Source of the DNA: a virus
Length of the DNA stretch: 64,000 nucleotides
Virus record (IMG/VR): IMGVR_UViG_3300027759_000073
Coordinates: 14,559-78,558 of that record
Direction: 5' to 3' (one strand)
Shown here: in pieces, positions 27,147-38,128 of the stretch
How the letters are laid out: every line of letters begins with the position of its first letter
How positions within the stretch are numbered: position 1 is the stretch's first letter
Position numbers and translations under genes: made by a program
Notes under the pieces: model-generated
Told to the model about the DNA's origin: nothing
Seen by the model: only the letters and a program-made list of their open reading frames with translations
Databases searched by the model: none

Positions 27147-30100
27147 CAGGTAAGTCCGTTACCGCTAATTATCCACGAAGTAGAAGTTATCTTTACAGCA
27201 GTTGCCATACCAAACGCTGCAAGAGTTCTGGAACCAGTTGTTCCAGCACCAGCAAGATACATTGTGTCTGATGTAATTGCTATTGTTACCGTCGCGCCAG
27301 AACCAGCAATAAACACAACAGTTGAACCAATAGGCATAGCAATTGTTGCATTAGCAGGGATGGTTACCGTGCGAGTTGCACTTGAATAAATGTGTTTTCC
27401 AGCATCTGCCGCAACAACCCCGTAAGCACCAGTAGTTGCAGAGTTCTGCGGCAAACCCATATAGCCAAAACCAGTAGTGCCAGTTGTTGTTGTCCCAGCA
27501 CTAGGGCTTCCAGTTACACTTCCAGTAAATGTTGGGCTGGCAAGGTTTGCCTTGAGAGCATCTGCTGTATCAACATAGGCTGTCGTAGCGAGAGCCGTAG
27601 AATTATTGTTTGCCGTTTGTGTTGTTGCAATAGTTCCTGTGGGGAGCGTAGGTGTTCCAGTAAATGTTGGACTAGCAAGGTCGGCTTTCGCAGCAAGAAG
27701 AGCGTTATCGTTTACCCAAGCAGTTCCACTCCATTTAAGAATGTCACCAGATGATGGTGTTGGCGCTGTAACATCAGTCAAGCCATCCAACCCAACAATG
27801 GGTCCTGCTGGACCTGTTGAACCAATTATTTCAACCCAAAATGAGTCGTAATAAACATAGGTTTTTCCAGTATCAGACTCATACCATATTTGACCAGCCA
27901 ACGGTGATACTGGTGGTGTGTCAGAGACAGTTGCGCCACCAATAATGGTTTCGGCAACCCATGCGGCAGACGCCGATACATACTTTAGGACCTGTCCATT
28001 AGATGGTGAAGGAGCAAAAACATTGCTCAAGTCGTCTAGTGTTGCGTTCAAAGAAACAGAAGCCGAAGAGCCTTCTCCTGGGGTATGTGAAACCGTGATT
28101 CCAGTACCAGCAGAGAGTCCAGACATATAGTTGCCCGTTGTATCCGTGCCGAGAGCGACGCTATTAGCAGCAATTGTCGCAACACCAGCGCCGTCAATTG
28201 TTATGTCTCCAGAAATTGTTGTCGCTGTTACTACACCAGTTGTAGTTGTTCCAAGGAGAATCTGACCAGCGGTTGCGTTAGCAAGTTTGCTATGAGCAAT
28301 TGCGGCAGATGAACTGATATCTGCGTTAACAATTGTTCCATCGGCAATCATCGTGCTGGTAATCGTTCCAGATGGTGCTGAGAATGTACCAGTAAACGAA
28401 GCGTTATTGATTGGTGCGGCATCTGTAATGCCATAACCAGAAAGTGTTGTTGGGTTAGTTCCTGCGGTCACACGCCCATAGGTGTCTACTGTTACCGATT
28501 TGTATGTCCCAGTTGCGGAGATTACCCCAGAAGCGAGGTCAATATTGTCAGCATTAACAACAATTCGTGAAGAACTAGCAGTTCCAATGTCTAGGGTGTT
28601 ACCCGTAATAGACATACCAGTTCCAGCAGTAAGTGCCGCTGTACCAGTAAATTGTGTAAACACAACATTGTCTGTGCCAAGGACTATTGCACCATTGGTG
28701 CCTGTTCCTGTAGTTGTTTGAATAAAACCTTGGTTTGCATTTGTAGTTCCGTAAAGAACAAAAATGGCATCTCCTGGCACAATAGTGCCTTCTGCTCCAG
28801 AGTTGTCCATATCTGTTGCTCTTGTGATAACCCAAGGAACAGACACTGAACCAACCGTGGTAAGAGTGTAAACACCATTCTGCTTTGCATCGGTTTGGTT
28901 CTTAATAAGAACTCTTTGACCAACAGTTACTGATTCTCCGTCAAGTACAGAAAAAGCACGGTTTGTATCAGCAGTAAGAGTTGCTCCTACTCCAGCAGTT
29001 CCGTTACTGTAAGTTGCTGATAAGTTTGAAACTGATGAAGCATGCACCGCCTGATGCCAGTTAATACCTGATACAAATGAATCAACATACTGTTTTGTTG
29101 CCGCTTGAAGGGCTGAAGATGGGTTTGCGGCGAGTGTCACGGTTCCCGTTGCAGTAATGTTTGCAAAAGTTACCGATGCACTTGTTCCAATTGCTTGCCC
29201 AATGGCTACAGTCGGAGTTGCTGTTTCCCCAGAGTTATTGGTAAGGGTTACACCCGTTCCAGCAACAAGAGATGCAACATAGTCACCAGTCGTGTCAGTA
29301 CCAAGAGCAACTGCGTTTGGCTGTACCGTGGCAGTAATGGTTACATCGGACGAGCCATTGAAAGAAGCAGAGCCGCTGACATCTCCACCCAAAGAGATTG
29401 TTCGTGCATTTTGCAGAGTCGTTGCTGTAGAGGCATTTCCAACCAATGACGCAGTAACAGCAGCAAATGTAACCGATGCGCTTGTTCCAACGGCTTGTCC
29501 AATGGCTACCGTTGGGGATGTACCTTCACCTGGTGTGTGCGTAATGGTCACACCAGTTCCAGCGGTCAAATCGTTTACATAGTTTCCAGTTGTATCGGTG
29601 CCGAGCGATACTGAGTTCGGCTGAATGGTTGCGGCTATTGATGCATTTGTAGAACCGTTAAAAGAAACCGAACCAGTTACATCACCAGTTAGTTCAATCG
29701 TTCGTGATGTTGCAAGCGAACTTGCCGTATCTGCGTTTCCAGTCACATTCCCGATGAGTGGTGCCGTGACAGCGGCAAACTGCACAGATGATGAAGTCCC
29801 TACTGCCTGACCGATTGCAATCGTTGGACTTGTTCCTTCGCCAGGAGTATGCGTTACGGTGACGCCCGTACCAGCGGTCAAATCATTAACATAGTTGCCA
29901 GTTGTATCTGTTCCAAGGGCAATACTGTTTGGTTGTACAGTTGCTGTAATGTCAACATTTGTTGAACCATCAAACGAAACAGAACCAGAAACATCGCCAG
30001 AAAGAGAGATAGTGCGTGCGTTCTGTAGGGTTGTGGCTGTAGCAGCATTTCCAGTTGTTGAGCCAGAACTTCCAGTGACATTTCCAGTGACATTTCCAGT

Positions 30101-32497
30101 TAGAGACGCCGAAACATGCGCAAATGTTACGGATGCAGATGTTCCGACAGCCTGACCAATTGCGATGGTTGCATTGGAGCCTTCACCAGGAGTATGGGTA
30201 ATGGTTACGCCAGTGCCCTGTGTCAGGTCTGACATGTAATTGCCCGTGGTGTCAGTTCCAAGAGCAACCGAGTTTGGCTGGATGTTTGCAGTGATTGAAA
30301 CATCGGACGCACCGTTGAACGATGCGGAACCGCTAATATCACCAGACAAAGAAATTGCGCGGGAAGTCTGGAGTGTGGTTGCAGTGGTTGCGTTTCCTTC
30401 AAGCGGAGCAGTTACTTTTGCAAACTGCACCGAAGCAGATGTAGCAACATCTTGTCCGATAGCGATTGCTGGAGTTGCACCTTCGCCAGAGTTGTTGTTA
30501 AGAGATACGCCAGTTCCTGCAACTAATGAAGATACATAGTCGCCGCTAGTGTCTGTTCCAAGTGAGACCGAGTTTGGTTGAATCGTTGCAGATATATCAA
30601 CATTGCTAGTTCCATTGAATGAAACAGAACCAGAAACATCACCACTAATCGAGATTGTCCTTGCATTTTGCAGTGCTGTTGCTGTGCCAGAATTTCCAGT
30701 CACATTTCCAGTCACATTTCCAGTCACTGGTGCTGTTACAGAAGCAAAAGTCACCGAAGAACTATTTGATACAGCCTGTCCAATTGAGATTGTTGGCGTT
30801 GCAGTTTCCCCGCTATTATCAACAACAGAAATACCAGTTCCAGCGATAAGAGATGCGACATAATTTCCTGTTGTATTCACACCAAGAGTTACTTGTGCAT
30901 CACCAGTTGTTACACCAAGAACTCTGCCGTATGCATCTCTTTGAATACCTGAAACAAAAGCCAAAGATGGTGAGCCAGAAACATCATTTTGTGTTATTCC
31001 TGAGAGTCCAATTGTATTATCTACTACAGAAAGACCACTGCCAGCGGTAAATGAATGAACTCCAGTAATTTGCAAAAACTGGATACTGTCAGTACCAATA
31101 ATGTGAGCGCCGTTTATACCACTTCCGTATGAAGAAGTTACAAATTGCTGGTTACTATTCTTGTCTCCGCTTTGTGTGTCAACATGTTCGCCATTGTGGA
31201 TTTGGTTTGGGTGTGAACCGTTAACATCATCTGCTCGTGTAAGAATCCAGTGTGAACCAGCACTACCCTGAGCGGTTACTTCGTAAATACCATTCTGTTT
31301 TGCATCAACCTGATTCTTTACAAGAATACGATTCGTGTTGCTTGCTTCTACTCCATCTACTACAAGTCTTGCATTTGCGGATGATTCAAGTTTTGCGCCA
31401 ATACCATATCCGCCGTCTTGGTCTAAAGTTCCAGCAGTATAGGTTGGAGAATTAGGAAGGACTGCGTATGTGGAAAGGCGAACCTGCTGAGCCCAAGTAA
31501 ATTCATTTAATCTTGTCTCTATCGAATAAGAGTCAATAATGTCGTTGTAGTCAGTTCCGTTTTCAGTTGTTTGCCACTTATCTGTTGTCTCATTCCAGCG
31601 AAGAGCAACATTGGCTGAAGAACCACGCTCAACTTCAATTCCAGCATTTAGGCTTGGTGAGCCAGTGGTGCCAGAGTTAAGAACAACAATGTTATCCTCA
31701 ACAGAAAGTGTTTCTGTATTAAGAGTAGTAGTGGTTCCATTAACCGTAAGGTTTCCACCTACTGTTACATCACCTGTAGTTTCAATTTTTGCAAAAGTAA
31801 CAGATGCGCTTGTTCCGACTGCTTGTCCAATGGCAACAGTTGGACTTGAGCCTTCTCCAGGTGTGTGTGTTACTGACACACCAGTTCCTGCGGTTAAATC
31901 GTTTACATAATTACCAGTCGTGTCTGTTCCGAGTGCAACACTATTTGGTTGGATTGTGGTAGTAATGTTTATACCTGTTGAGCCATCAAATGAAACGGAG
32001 CCAGAAACATCACCCGACAAAGAAATCGCGCGGGAAGTTTGAAGCGCAGAAGCGGTAGTCGCATTACCAGTAAGTGGTGCGGTCACACTTGCGAACTGGA
32101 CGGAAGAACTTGTGGCAACTGCTTGCCCAATCGCCACGGTAGGAGTGGCACCTTCTCCTGAGTTATTTGAGAGCGTGACGCCAGTACCAGCGGTTAGGCT
32201 CTGCACATAGTCACCAACAGTGTCTGTTGAAAGGTTTACTGGGTCATTAATCCAGGCTGAAGCAGAACTGCTATAACGGAGGAAGTCGCCATTTTGAAGG
32301 CTGCTGATAGTTACATCGCCGACTGAATTGAGTGTTAGGGTTTCAGAATAATAGTCAGTCGCGTTCCATAGCGCGCCAGTACCAAGTTTTAATTTTTTAG
32401 TATCTAGTTCCATTCCCCATTCGCCAGCGGCAAGGGTAGGGTTGGCAGCGGTCCACGCAGAGGCATTAGCCCTCTTAATTTGAATTTTAACGCTCAC
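27146..32497 (-). CDS. Long tail fibre (1783 aa) with Mtd_N-like N-terminus and internal repeats
   Basis: IQIKRA.A..WTAANPTLAAGEWG.ELDT.KLK.G N-terminus; nine LGTDTTGNYV-type repeats; two RILVKNQ..AKQNG.Y domains. Confidence 0.85.
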   Translation of the reverse strand: MSVKIQIKRANASAWTAANPTLAAGEWGMELDTKKLKLGTGALWNATDYYSETLTLNSVGDVTISSLQNGDFLRYSSSASAWINDPVNLSTDTVGDYVQSLTAGTGVTLSNNSGEGATPTVAIGQAVATSSSVQFASVTAPLTGNATTASALQTSRAISLSGDVSGSVSFDGSTGINITTTIQPNSVALGTDTTGNYVNDLTAGTGVSVTHTPGEGSSPTVAIGQAVGTSASVTFAKIETTGDVTVGGNLTVNGTTTTLNTETLSVEDNIVVLNSGTTGSPSLNAGIEVERGSSANVALRWNETTDKWQTTENGTDYNDIIDSYSIETRLNEFTWAQQVRLSTYAVLPNSPTYTAGTLDQDGGYGIGAKLESSANARLVVDGVEASNTNRILVKNQVDAKQNGIYEVTAQGSAGSHWILTRADDVNGSHPNQIHNGEHVDTQSGDKNSNQQFVTSSYGSGINGAHIIGTDSIQFLQITGVHSFTAGSGLSVVDNTIGLSGITQNDVSGSPSLAFVSGIQRDAYGRVLGVTTGDAQVTLGVNTTGNYVASLIAGTGISVVDNSGETATPTISIGQAVSNSSSVTFASVTAPVTGNVTGNVTGNSGTATALQNARTISISGDVSGSVSFNGTSNVDISATIQPNSVSLGTDTSGDYVSSLVAGTGVSLNNNSGEGATPAIAIGQDVATSASVQFAKVTAPLEGNATTATTLQTSRAISLSGDISGSASFNGASDVSITANIQPNSVALGTDTTGNYMSDLTQGTGVTITHTPGEGSNATIAIGQAVGTSASVTFAHVSASLTGNVTGNVTGSSGSTTGNAATATTLQNARTISLSGDVSGSVSFDGSTNVDITATVQPNSIALGTDTTGNYVNDLTAGTGVTVTHTPGEGTSPTIAIGQAVGTSSSVQFAAVTAPLIGNVTGNADTASSLATSRTIELTGDVTGSVSFNGSTNASIAATIQPNSVSLGTDTTGNYVNDLTAGTGVTITHTPGEGTSPTVAIGQAVGTSASVTFAAVTASLVGNASTATTLQNARTISLGGDVSGSASFNGSSDVTITATVQPNAVALGTDTTGDYVASLVAGTGVTLTNNSGETATPTVAIGQAIGTSASVTFANITATGTVTLAANPSSALQAATKQYVDSFVSGINWHQAVHASSVSNLSATYSNGTAGVGATLTADTNRAFSVLDGESVTVGQRVLIKNQTDAKQNGVYTLTTVGSVSVPWVITRATDMDNSGAEGTIVPGDAIFVLYGTTNANQGFIQTTTGTGTNGAIVLGTDNVVFTQFTGTAALTAGTGMSITGNTLDIGTASSSRIVVNADNIDLASGVISATGTYKSVTVDTYGRVTAGTNPTTLSGYGITDAAPINNASFTGTFSAPSGTITSTMIADGTIVNADISSSAAIAHSKLANATAGQILLGTTTTGVVTATTISGDITIDGAGVATIAANSVALGTDTTGNYMSGLSAGTGITVSHTPGEGSSASVSLNATLDDLSNVFAPSPSNGQVLKYVSASAAWVAETIIGGATVSDTPPVSPLAGQIWYESDTGKTYVYYDSFWVEIIGSTGPAGPIVGLDGLTDVTAPTPSSGDILKWSGTAWVNDNALLAAKADLASPTFTGTPTLPTGTIATTQTANNNSTALATTAYVDTADALKANLASPTFTGSVTGSPSAGTTTTGTTGFGYMGLPQNSATTGAYGVVAADAGKHIYSSATRTVTIPANATIAMPIGSTVVFIAGSGATVTIAITSDTMYLAGAGTTGSRTLAAFGMATAVKITSTSWIISGNGLT

Positions 32498-33168
32498 TAG
32501 AACACTCCTCCATCATAAATTGCTTCGACCATATTTGTAAGTTCTGCTTCAAAAATCTCTTCGAAATTTGTTCCGCCATCAATGTCTAATAAACTAGCAC
32601 TGTTGTCCTGATTGACCCATGCGGAGCCATTATAGACCAGTATCTGACCAACAGTTGGAGAAGGTACTGAGACATTCCCAATGTCATCAAGCAAGGCGAC
32701 ACTAGTGATACCTATTTGCACCCAGTCAGAGGCGTAGTAAACAAATGTCTTAAGGGTGTCAGACTCAAACCACAGGTCACCCTCTTCTGCTCCCGCTGGA
32801 GGTGTGGCTGATACGACAAGAGATGCATTACCAGTTCCGCTAGAAACGGAAGCCGAAACAAACTTTGTTCCGTTGAATACGAGTGCATCTCCAACAGTTG
32901 CGCCAGTTGGGTCAATCTGTGTTCCAGCAACGAACAGACCAGCAGACTTAAAAGTATCGTCAGTCTTGAGAACATTTGCGGTGTCGCGGTATAGGTTTGT
33001 GTCTCCAGCACCAGCACCAGCACCCCATGTAATGCGCCCGCCTGCTTCTACTTTGAGTCTTGCAAAAGATTCCTGGTCAAGAAATACAGTGATGCCGTCC
33101 GAGCCTGCCGATGACAGATTCTTAATCGTTACGGGTACTGTAAATTTTTGAGCCATGACCTCAGTCAA
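32497..33168 (-). CDS. Tail fibre-related structural protein
   Basis: DTNLYR, GDLWFESDT and LDDIGNV...GQILVYNGSAWVN motifs shared with neighbouring fibres. Confidence 0.7.
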   Translation of the reverse strand: MTEVMAQKFTVPVTIKNLSSAGSDGITVFLDQESFARLKVEAGGRITWGAGAGAGDTNLYRDTANVLKTDDTFKSAGLFVAGTQIDPTGATVGDALVFNGTKFVSASVSSGTGNASLVVSATPPAGAEEGDLWFESDTLKTFVYYASDWVQIGITSVALLDDIGNVSVPSPTVGQILVYNGSAWVNQDNSASLLDIDGGTNFEEIFEAELTNMVEAIYDGGVF

Positions 33169-33200
33169 TCTCTTGTATGAACCCCACGGGGTTATTTATA

Positions 33201-34901
33201 TTAGCCAGTTACAACAATAGTAAATTCGTTGGTATCAACAGAGCCGTTAATCACAACCGAGACCGTATTACCGTTAGTGCGAATCGTGTCAGCGATTACT
33301 GTTTCTCCAGTAGAAACTTGGTACACCTGCACCATTACATCGGTTGTCCCGAAGTTGTGAGTAACAGTTGTGGTTGAAACTCCACCAGAGTGTGCAGTGT
33401 TACCTTGCTTGGCAATACGAGCAAGAACTGGGGTGCTTGTGGTTCCAGAAGTAGTTGCAGCAAGGTTTGTTCGTGCACCTGCGGCTGATGTAGCAGCGGT
33501 ACCACCATTTGCAATGGCGATTGTCGTGCCGTTCCAAGTACCAGTGGTGATTGTTCCAAGAGTCGTGATGCTGTCATCACCAATATAGGTGCTTGCTGAA
33601 ACTGCTGCTAGTGCTGCGCTGTATGCCTGAACATTAGTTCCGATGGCCAAACCGAGGGTTGTGCGCATCGTTGCAGCATCGGCATCGTCGAGCAAGTCGC
33701 GGGCAGCAGATGTAAAGTCGGCAAGTGCTGCTGTTCCAGAGCCAGTGAAGTATGGAAGTTTATTAGCGGCAGAAGTAAGTCCAGCAAGTGCTGCAAGTTC
33801 TGCATCGTAGCCCTGGATATCGCTTCCAATTGCAAGACCAAGGTTGCTCCTTGCGGTCGATGCGTCTGAAGCATTTGTACCACCGTTTGCAATGGCGAGA
33901 GTACCAGTAACGGAGTTCGCGCTATCTAGGTCTAGAGCACCCCAAGCAGCGGTTCCTGAACCAACTGAGCGGAGAACTTGACCAGCAGTTGCTGACGACT
34001 TGACAGCAAGGTCGTCGTTTCCATCAACATAGATGGTTACATCGTCATCATTGACATTGAGGGTACTTCCGTCTTTTGAGAGACCATCGCCAGCAGTGAT
34101 TTGACCAGTACCAGAGAACTGTGTGAAGAGGATTGCGGTTGAACCAACAGTGATTGAACCATTGGTTGCAACTACATATCCAGAGTCACCATTTGCAGTA
34201 CCTTCTTCAACGAATGTAAATGCTCCAGGTGTTACCTCTGCGTCACTATCAAAGTCAGTTGCTCGTGTTGGCACTCCAGAAGCATTGACGGTATAAATAC
34301 CGTTGTCTGCATGAGCCACACCGCCAGCGCCTTGGTCCTTGATGAGGATTCGGTCGCCAGTAGCAAGAGTTACACCGTCAATAACGCTTGCGTTGTCAAC
34401 ATCTGTTGAAAGGTTTACTGTTGCAGTAGTGGCTACACGAACCGACTGCTTAACATCTAGTCCAGAGCGGGCCGAGTCAACATAGCCCTTGGTCGCAACA
34501 TGTGATGCGTCTGTAGGCGTTCCGAACTTTGCCTGGCTACTGGCATCTCGGATTACCAGTTTGCTCGCAGTTGCCTCTGAGGCTGCGTCTGCCAACTTGG
34601 AGAAGTCTGATGCAGACATCAAACCAGCACTTGCAGAACTTGCAAGGTTTGGAGTAATTGAAACTACACCATTTGCCTCATTGATTGTTAGTGCTGAGGA
34701 CTGGGAGCCAGCAGAAGTTACACCCGTAACCATCTTTCGCCATGCGGAGGCGGTAATGTCGTAAACCTTGATAACACCTTCGGTGCTATTGAAAATCATT
34801 CGACCGTCGAACAGGTTAGTGTTCGGGTCACTTGCAAGTACTTCAAAAGTACCCTTAATCAGTTGATTTTGATTAAGGTCTAAGTTTGTTACGAATTTCA
34901 T
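33201..34901 (-). CDS. Tail fibre/structural protein
   Basis: ATKGYVD...[13 protein letters not shown]...DRILIKDQ...NGIY...RATDFD; AIANGGT repeats; THNFGT.DV.VQ. Confidence 0.8.
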   Translation of the reverse strand: MKFVTNLDLNQNQLIKGTFEVLASDPNTNLFDGRMIFNSTEGVIKVYDITASAWRKMVTGVTSAGSQSSALTINEANGVVSITPNLASSASAGLMSASDFSKLADAASEATASKLVIRDASSQAKFGTPTDASHVATKGYVDSARSGLDVKQSVRVATTATVNLSTDVDNASVIDGVTLATGDRILIKDQGAGGVAHADNGIYTVNASGVPTRATDFDSDAEVTPGAFTFVEEGTANGDSGYVVATNGSITVGSTAILFTQFSGTGQITAGDGLSKDGSTLNVNDDDVTIYVDGNDDLAVKSSATAGQVLRSVGSGTAAWGALDLDSANSVTGTLAIANGGTNASDASTARSNLGLAIGSDIQGYDAELAALAGLTSAANKLPYFTGSGTAALADFTSAARDLLDDADAATMRTTLGLAIGTNVQAYSAALAAVSASTYIGDDSITTLGTITTGTWNGTTIAIANGGTAATSAAGARTNLAATTSGTTSTPVLARIAKQGNTAHSGGVSTTTVTHNFGTTDVMVQVYQVSTGETVIADTIRTNGNTVSVVINGSVDTNEFTIVVTG

Positions 34902-34973
34902 CTAAAAACCTCCATAGCGGGTGCGCGCACCCCTAAGAATAGGCTTTTTTATAACAAAAGTGTGCGAAGGTAT

Positions 34974-35642
34974 TTAAGAAAGAAAGGCTTTTCCAGAGAA
35001 AGCGCTTGTAAACGATACTGTCAGGCTGTTCTCGTTGATATAGGTGACTTCGCCTATCACATGGGAAAGGGCAGAGTCAACAATTGAAACATTTGGGTAA
35101 AATTTAAGATTGTGCGTAATTGACCAGGTCGTTGCAGAAGATGCCTGGGTATGGACATATTTGGATTTTGCCCGTACCTCTTCTATCGCGGCCTGAACTG
35201 TAGTCGATATTATTTCGCTAGTTGGCGTAAATGCAATACTTGTTGCCGTAACGCCAATATTGCTATCTACATACTCTTTAGTCGCGTAGTTATAAGTGAC
35301 TATCGGCTCTGTATTTGGAACAACATCAGCAAGGCTGAATCTGCGATTTGGAGAATTGCTATTTAGTGTAAAATAGTACTTATTGTATCCAGTTTCGTTT
35401 AGCCGTTCGTTTACTTCATATGTAACACCGTCTGGCTGTGTTGTAGCGTCATCGTTTGCATATAGATTAATCGAGATTGAGCCGCTGTTACTTAGGGCTA
35501 CAACTTGCTCTTGCGGCGTAATGGTTACATCTGTGCTGGCGTCCCGCATTGGTGCTGTAAGCGTGAACGACACGGAGCCACTCGCTGGGTGACCAGTCGG
35601 CAATAGATATGTGCCAGTAACTGTAATAAGTGTAAAAGCCAT
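34974..35642 (-). CDS. Virion structural protein
   Basis: YVHTQ....W.ITHNL..YP.VSIVDS C-terminal domain typical of fibre modules. Confidence 0.65.
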   Translation of the reverse strand: MAFTLITVTGTYLLPTGHPASGSVSFTLTAPMRDASTDVTITPQEQVVALSNSGSISINLYANDDATTQPDGVTYEVNERLNETGYNKYYFTLNSNSPNRRFSLADVVPNTEPIVTYNYATKEYVDSNIGVTATSIAFTPTSEIISTTVQAAIEEVRAKSKYVHTQASSATTWSITHNLKFYPNVSIVDSALSHVIGEVTYINENSLTVSFTSAFSGKAFLS

Positions 35643-35644
35643 GA

Positions 35645-36031
35645 TTACGCCTTCTGGAATACATCAAGCGTTAGTGCATGATGAACAACATTATCCTCTA
35701 ATGATACTATCCTTTGGATATCAGAAACTCTTAGCCTGTAGATGTACACATCTGAGTCAAACTGCCCAAGTCCATCAAGTGCTGAAACCATAGAGTCGAC
35801 CAGAGATGTATTCTCGGAAGCCCTATCTTGCCATAAATCAAACTGGACCATTCTTCGACGAGTTTTTACCAAACCATCACCGATTATCTCTGGCACATTT
35901 CTTAATTCATCGCTGTATGTGATATATGGTTTTGCTGTATTTGGTGGAGCAAAATCACGGAAGATACCAGTAATGCCAGCAAGGTTTGCTGCAAGCAAAC
36001 GGGTACGAATTGAACCTCCAACTGAAGCCAT
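35645..36031 (-). CDS. Tail terminator/completion protein (DUF3168-like)
   Basis: AP....PYIT, VQFDLW; position after the gp10-like gene. Confidence 0.7.
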   Translation of the reverse strand: MASVGGSIRTRLLAANLAGITGIFRDFAPPNTAKPYITYSDELRNVPEIIGDGLVKTRRRMVQFDLWQDRASENTSLVDSMVSALDGLGQFDSDVYIYRLRVSDIQRIVSLEDNVVHHALTLDVFQKA

Positions 36032-36033
36032 AA

Positions 36034-36537
36034 CTATTCACCGACCTTAATTGTTACATTCAATGGCTTCATGCCCTTAAACCTCTTGTACATATAGTAA
36101 GTAAAAGCATTAGCAACTGTTTTCCTGGCTCCTAAAGCAATATTTTCTCGTGCTGGTCTGGCAAATGGCCTTGGCGCCATGCGCTCAGTTCCATACTCAA
36201 GAAATCTTGCATACTTTAACTTTGAGCCGAAAACTGCTCGTGCTGGGTTATCTCCAACCTTGCTCAATGTTTGTGAATATATAGATTTGTACAATGGACC
36301 ACTTGGGTCAGCAGATGGAGGCTCCCCAGGACGGCTAGACATCCTCTGGCTCTTGCTGTTTCCGTATGTTTTATATGAGCCAGGATGGTCAATGATTTTT
36401 TTGATTTCCTGCTCGCCTTGGCGTGCGAGTTCTTGGGCAGTATAAAAGTTTCCAGCGATGCCAGCGTTTATTGCGCTTGCAATTCTTTTATCAACTTGAG
36501 ACATCAAGTTATCAATCGATTTCATTCTCTTACTCAT
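36034..36537 (-). CDS. HK97 gp10-like tail component
   Basis: S.PGEPP...G.L..SI, YARFLEYGT.RMAPRPF.RPA. Confidence 0.85.
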   Translation of the reverse strand: MSKRMKSIDNLMSQVDKRIASAINAGIAGNFYTAQELARQGEQEIKKIIDHPGSYKTYGNSKSQRMSSRPGEPPSADPSGPLYKSIYSQTLSKVGDNPARAVFGSKLKYARFLEYGTERMAPRPFARPARENIALGARKTVANAFTYYMYKRFKGMKPLNVTIKVGE

Positions 36538-36865
36538 TTAAAAGCGTCCTTCGTATTTCTAGTCTTAAATGAGTATGGGTATAGATTAAACCTTCAATTT
36601 CATAAACACCATCCATGCTGTCATGGTATCCAGTAATCACGATTTGGTCGTTACTGACTACGGATGTTTGCTTTGGGAGTCTCACCACTAGACTCCGTCT
36701 TTCACCATATTTACCTAAATCTGAAGGTTGACCTTCTTCTGTAAATTTTTGATGGATTGAACCCTTATAGGTTACATCACTTAATACTGGTGTCCAAACG
36801 CCCTCTGCATCTACAGTCACAGATGATTTGCGCCGAACAGTGATTTGTTCAAATGCGCCGCGCAT
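36530..36865 (-). CDS. Head closure/head-tail adaptor
   Basis: 111 aa, beta-rich; position in the neck module. Confidence 0.65.
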   Translation of the reverse strand: MRGAFEQITVRRKSSVTVDAEGVWTPVLSDVTYKGSIHQKFTEEGQPSDLGKYGERRSLVVRLPKQTSVVSNDQIVITGYHDSMDGVYEIEGLIYTHTHLRLEIRRTLLNE

Positions 36866-36868
36866 GGA

Positions 36869-37441
36869 CTACCTAATAACCCTGCGCTTGTAGCGAAGAA
36901 TATTTTTTACTTCTTGGTCGGTGAATCCACCGCCAGGAGTTGGCTCGAAGAAGTACTCAGTTCCTTCAACCTTTAGACGCTCCATACCTTGCGCATCAAT
37001 GAGTACCTTACTCATTTCTCGTGTTGCAGCGGAAAGAATTACGCGCTCTAGTGCTGATGCATCTGCGTCAAGCATGCCAGCGTTGTAGGTTACAAGCGCC
37101 TGATAACCAAGCCCAGCAATCAGAACATTGTCAATTCCCCAAGGGTAAACATCAAAGTCATAAATATTTTGCGTTGTGTATGTTGCCGATGCATTATCAA
37201 TCAACCCAATGCTGAATGAGATAACACTTCGCACTGGGGCTTTGCGTAAAAATAACTGGCGTTGTCCAGGTTCAAGCATGTGCTTCTCGTCAGTGATGCG
37301 AACTGGGTTTAAGGGGCGATTCAGCAAATATGAAATTTCTGATTCCAGACCAGAAAGAATAGTTGAAGCCGCAGCCTGCTCACCAGCACTGAAAGTCTTG
37401 TTCATTGCACGAGCAAGGTCAGCGTAATTCAAAATTGCCAT
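36869..37441 (-). CDS. Head-tail connector
   Basis: L...PVRSV, VTYNAG, L.RYKR. Start is 6 nt after TAATGT (leaderless). Confidence 0.75.
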   Translation of the reverse strand: MAILNYADLARAMNKTFSAGEQAAASTILSGLESEISYLLNRPLNPVRITDEKHMLEPGQRQLFLRKAPVRSVISFSIGLIDNASATYTTQNIYDFDVYPWGIDNVLIAGLGYQALVTYNAGMLDADASALERVILSAATREMSKVLIDAQGMERLKVEGTEYFFEPTPGGGFTDQEVKNILRYKRRVIR

Positions 37442-37473
37442 AAAAACACATTACACCATTGTTTTTAGAGGGT

Positions 37474-37890
37474 CTATCGGATTGGGGCAACCCAGAAAAT
37501 CTTGCGGTATTCAAAAAAGCAAATTATTGGCTCCGCATCATCCTCTTCCATCTCAAGCAAAAAGCCAGCATTGTTGCCTTCAAAATAAATCCTTGGGTGA
37601 ACCACATAGCCCCTACAGGAGTGCATGATTACGCTACTTGAATCCAGCGGCTCCCATCCATACCTGACCTCGATTAGGGAATCACTTGTATGGGCTTGTT
37701 TTATCAAACCACTTGCACATACCTGATTGAAAATTGCATCGTACGGATAGTCGTATTGAAAATCTTTATCATCTTGGATTAGTTCATACATTGCGTTTTT
37801 TAAACTTAGGAAAGGCTCATCCTTCACCCAGTACGCGGCAAAATCTATATCGTCGTTCAACCCAAATTTCTTTGGGTCCAGGCTGTCCAC
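37474..37890 (-). CDS. Hypothetical protein
   Basis: 138 aa acidic ORF. Confidence 0.55.
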   Translation of the reverse strand: MDSLDPKKFGLNDDIDFAAYWVKDEPFLSLKNAMYELIQDDKDFQYDYPYDAIFNQVCASGLIKQAHTSDSLIEVRYGWEPLDSSSVIMHSCRGYVVHPRIYFEGNNAGFLLEMEEDDAEPIICFFEYRKIFWVAPIR

Positions 37891-37893
37891 GGA

Positions 37894-38058
37894 TTACTTT
37901 GTTTCTGTAGCGAATGGGTCATTTACCGAGATAGGCATGACCTTATATCGCATTGCATCTTCGACACTAATGCGCTCGCCCTTACGGACAACCCTCACAC
38001 TCTTGCCTTCGATGTTCTCGTAAATATCGCGTGGAGCGATTACTACAATTTGTGACAT
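37894..38058 (-). CDS. Small hypothetical protein (54 aa, not in ORF track)
   Basis: MSQIVVIAPRDIYENIEGKSVRVVRKGERISVEDAMRYKVMPISVNDPFATETK*; TGTGCTAATAT 6 nt upstream. Confidence 0.65.
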   Translation of the reverse strand: MSQIVVIAPRDIYENIEGKSVRVVRKGERISVEDAMRYKVMPISVNDPFATETK

Positions 38059-38080
38059 GTAAAGATATTAGCACAAAGCA

Positions 38081-38108
38081 AAAAGCCTGGGCCGAAGCCC
38101 AGGCTTTT
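38081..38108 (-). terminator. Terminator after major capsid gene
   Basis: AAAAGCCTGGGC-TTCG-GCCCAGGCTTTT with cUUCGg loop and U-tract. Confidence 0.88.
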
Positions 38109-38128
38109 CACTTTTCTGACTGTGATTA

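Noticed and set aside
21491-34901. Diversity-generating retroelement acting on fibres (Mtd_N-like domain present)
   Set aside because: No reverse transcriptase and no adenine-variable TR/VR pair seen.
34919-34932. Palindrome GGGTGCGCGCACCC upstream of the 33201..34901 gene
   Set aside because: Single occurrence with no supporting context; it may be only a small leader hairpin.
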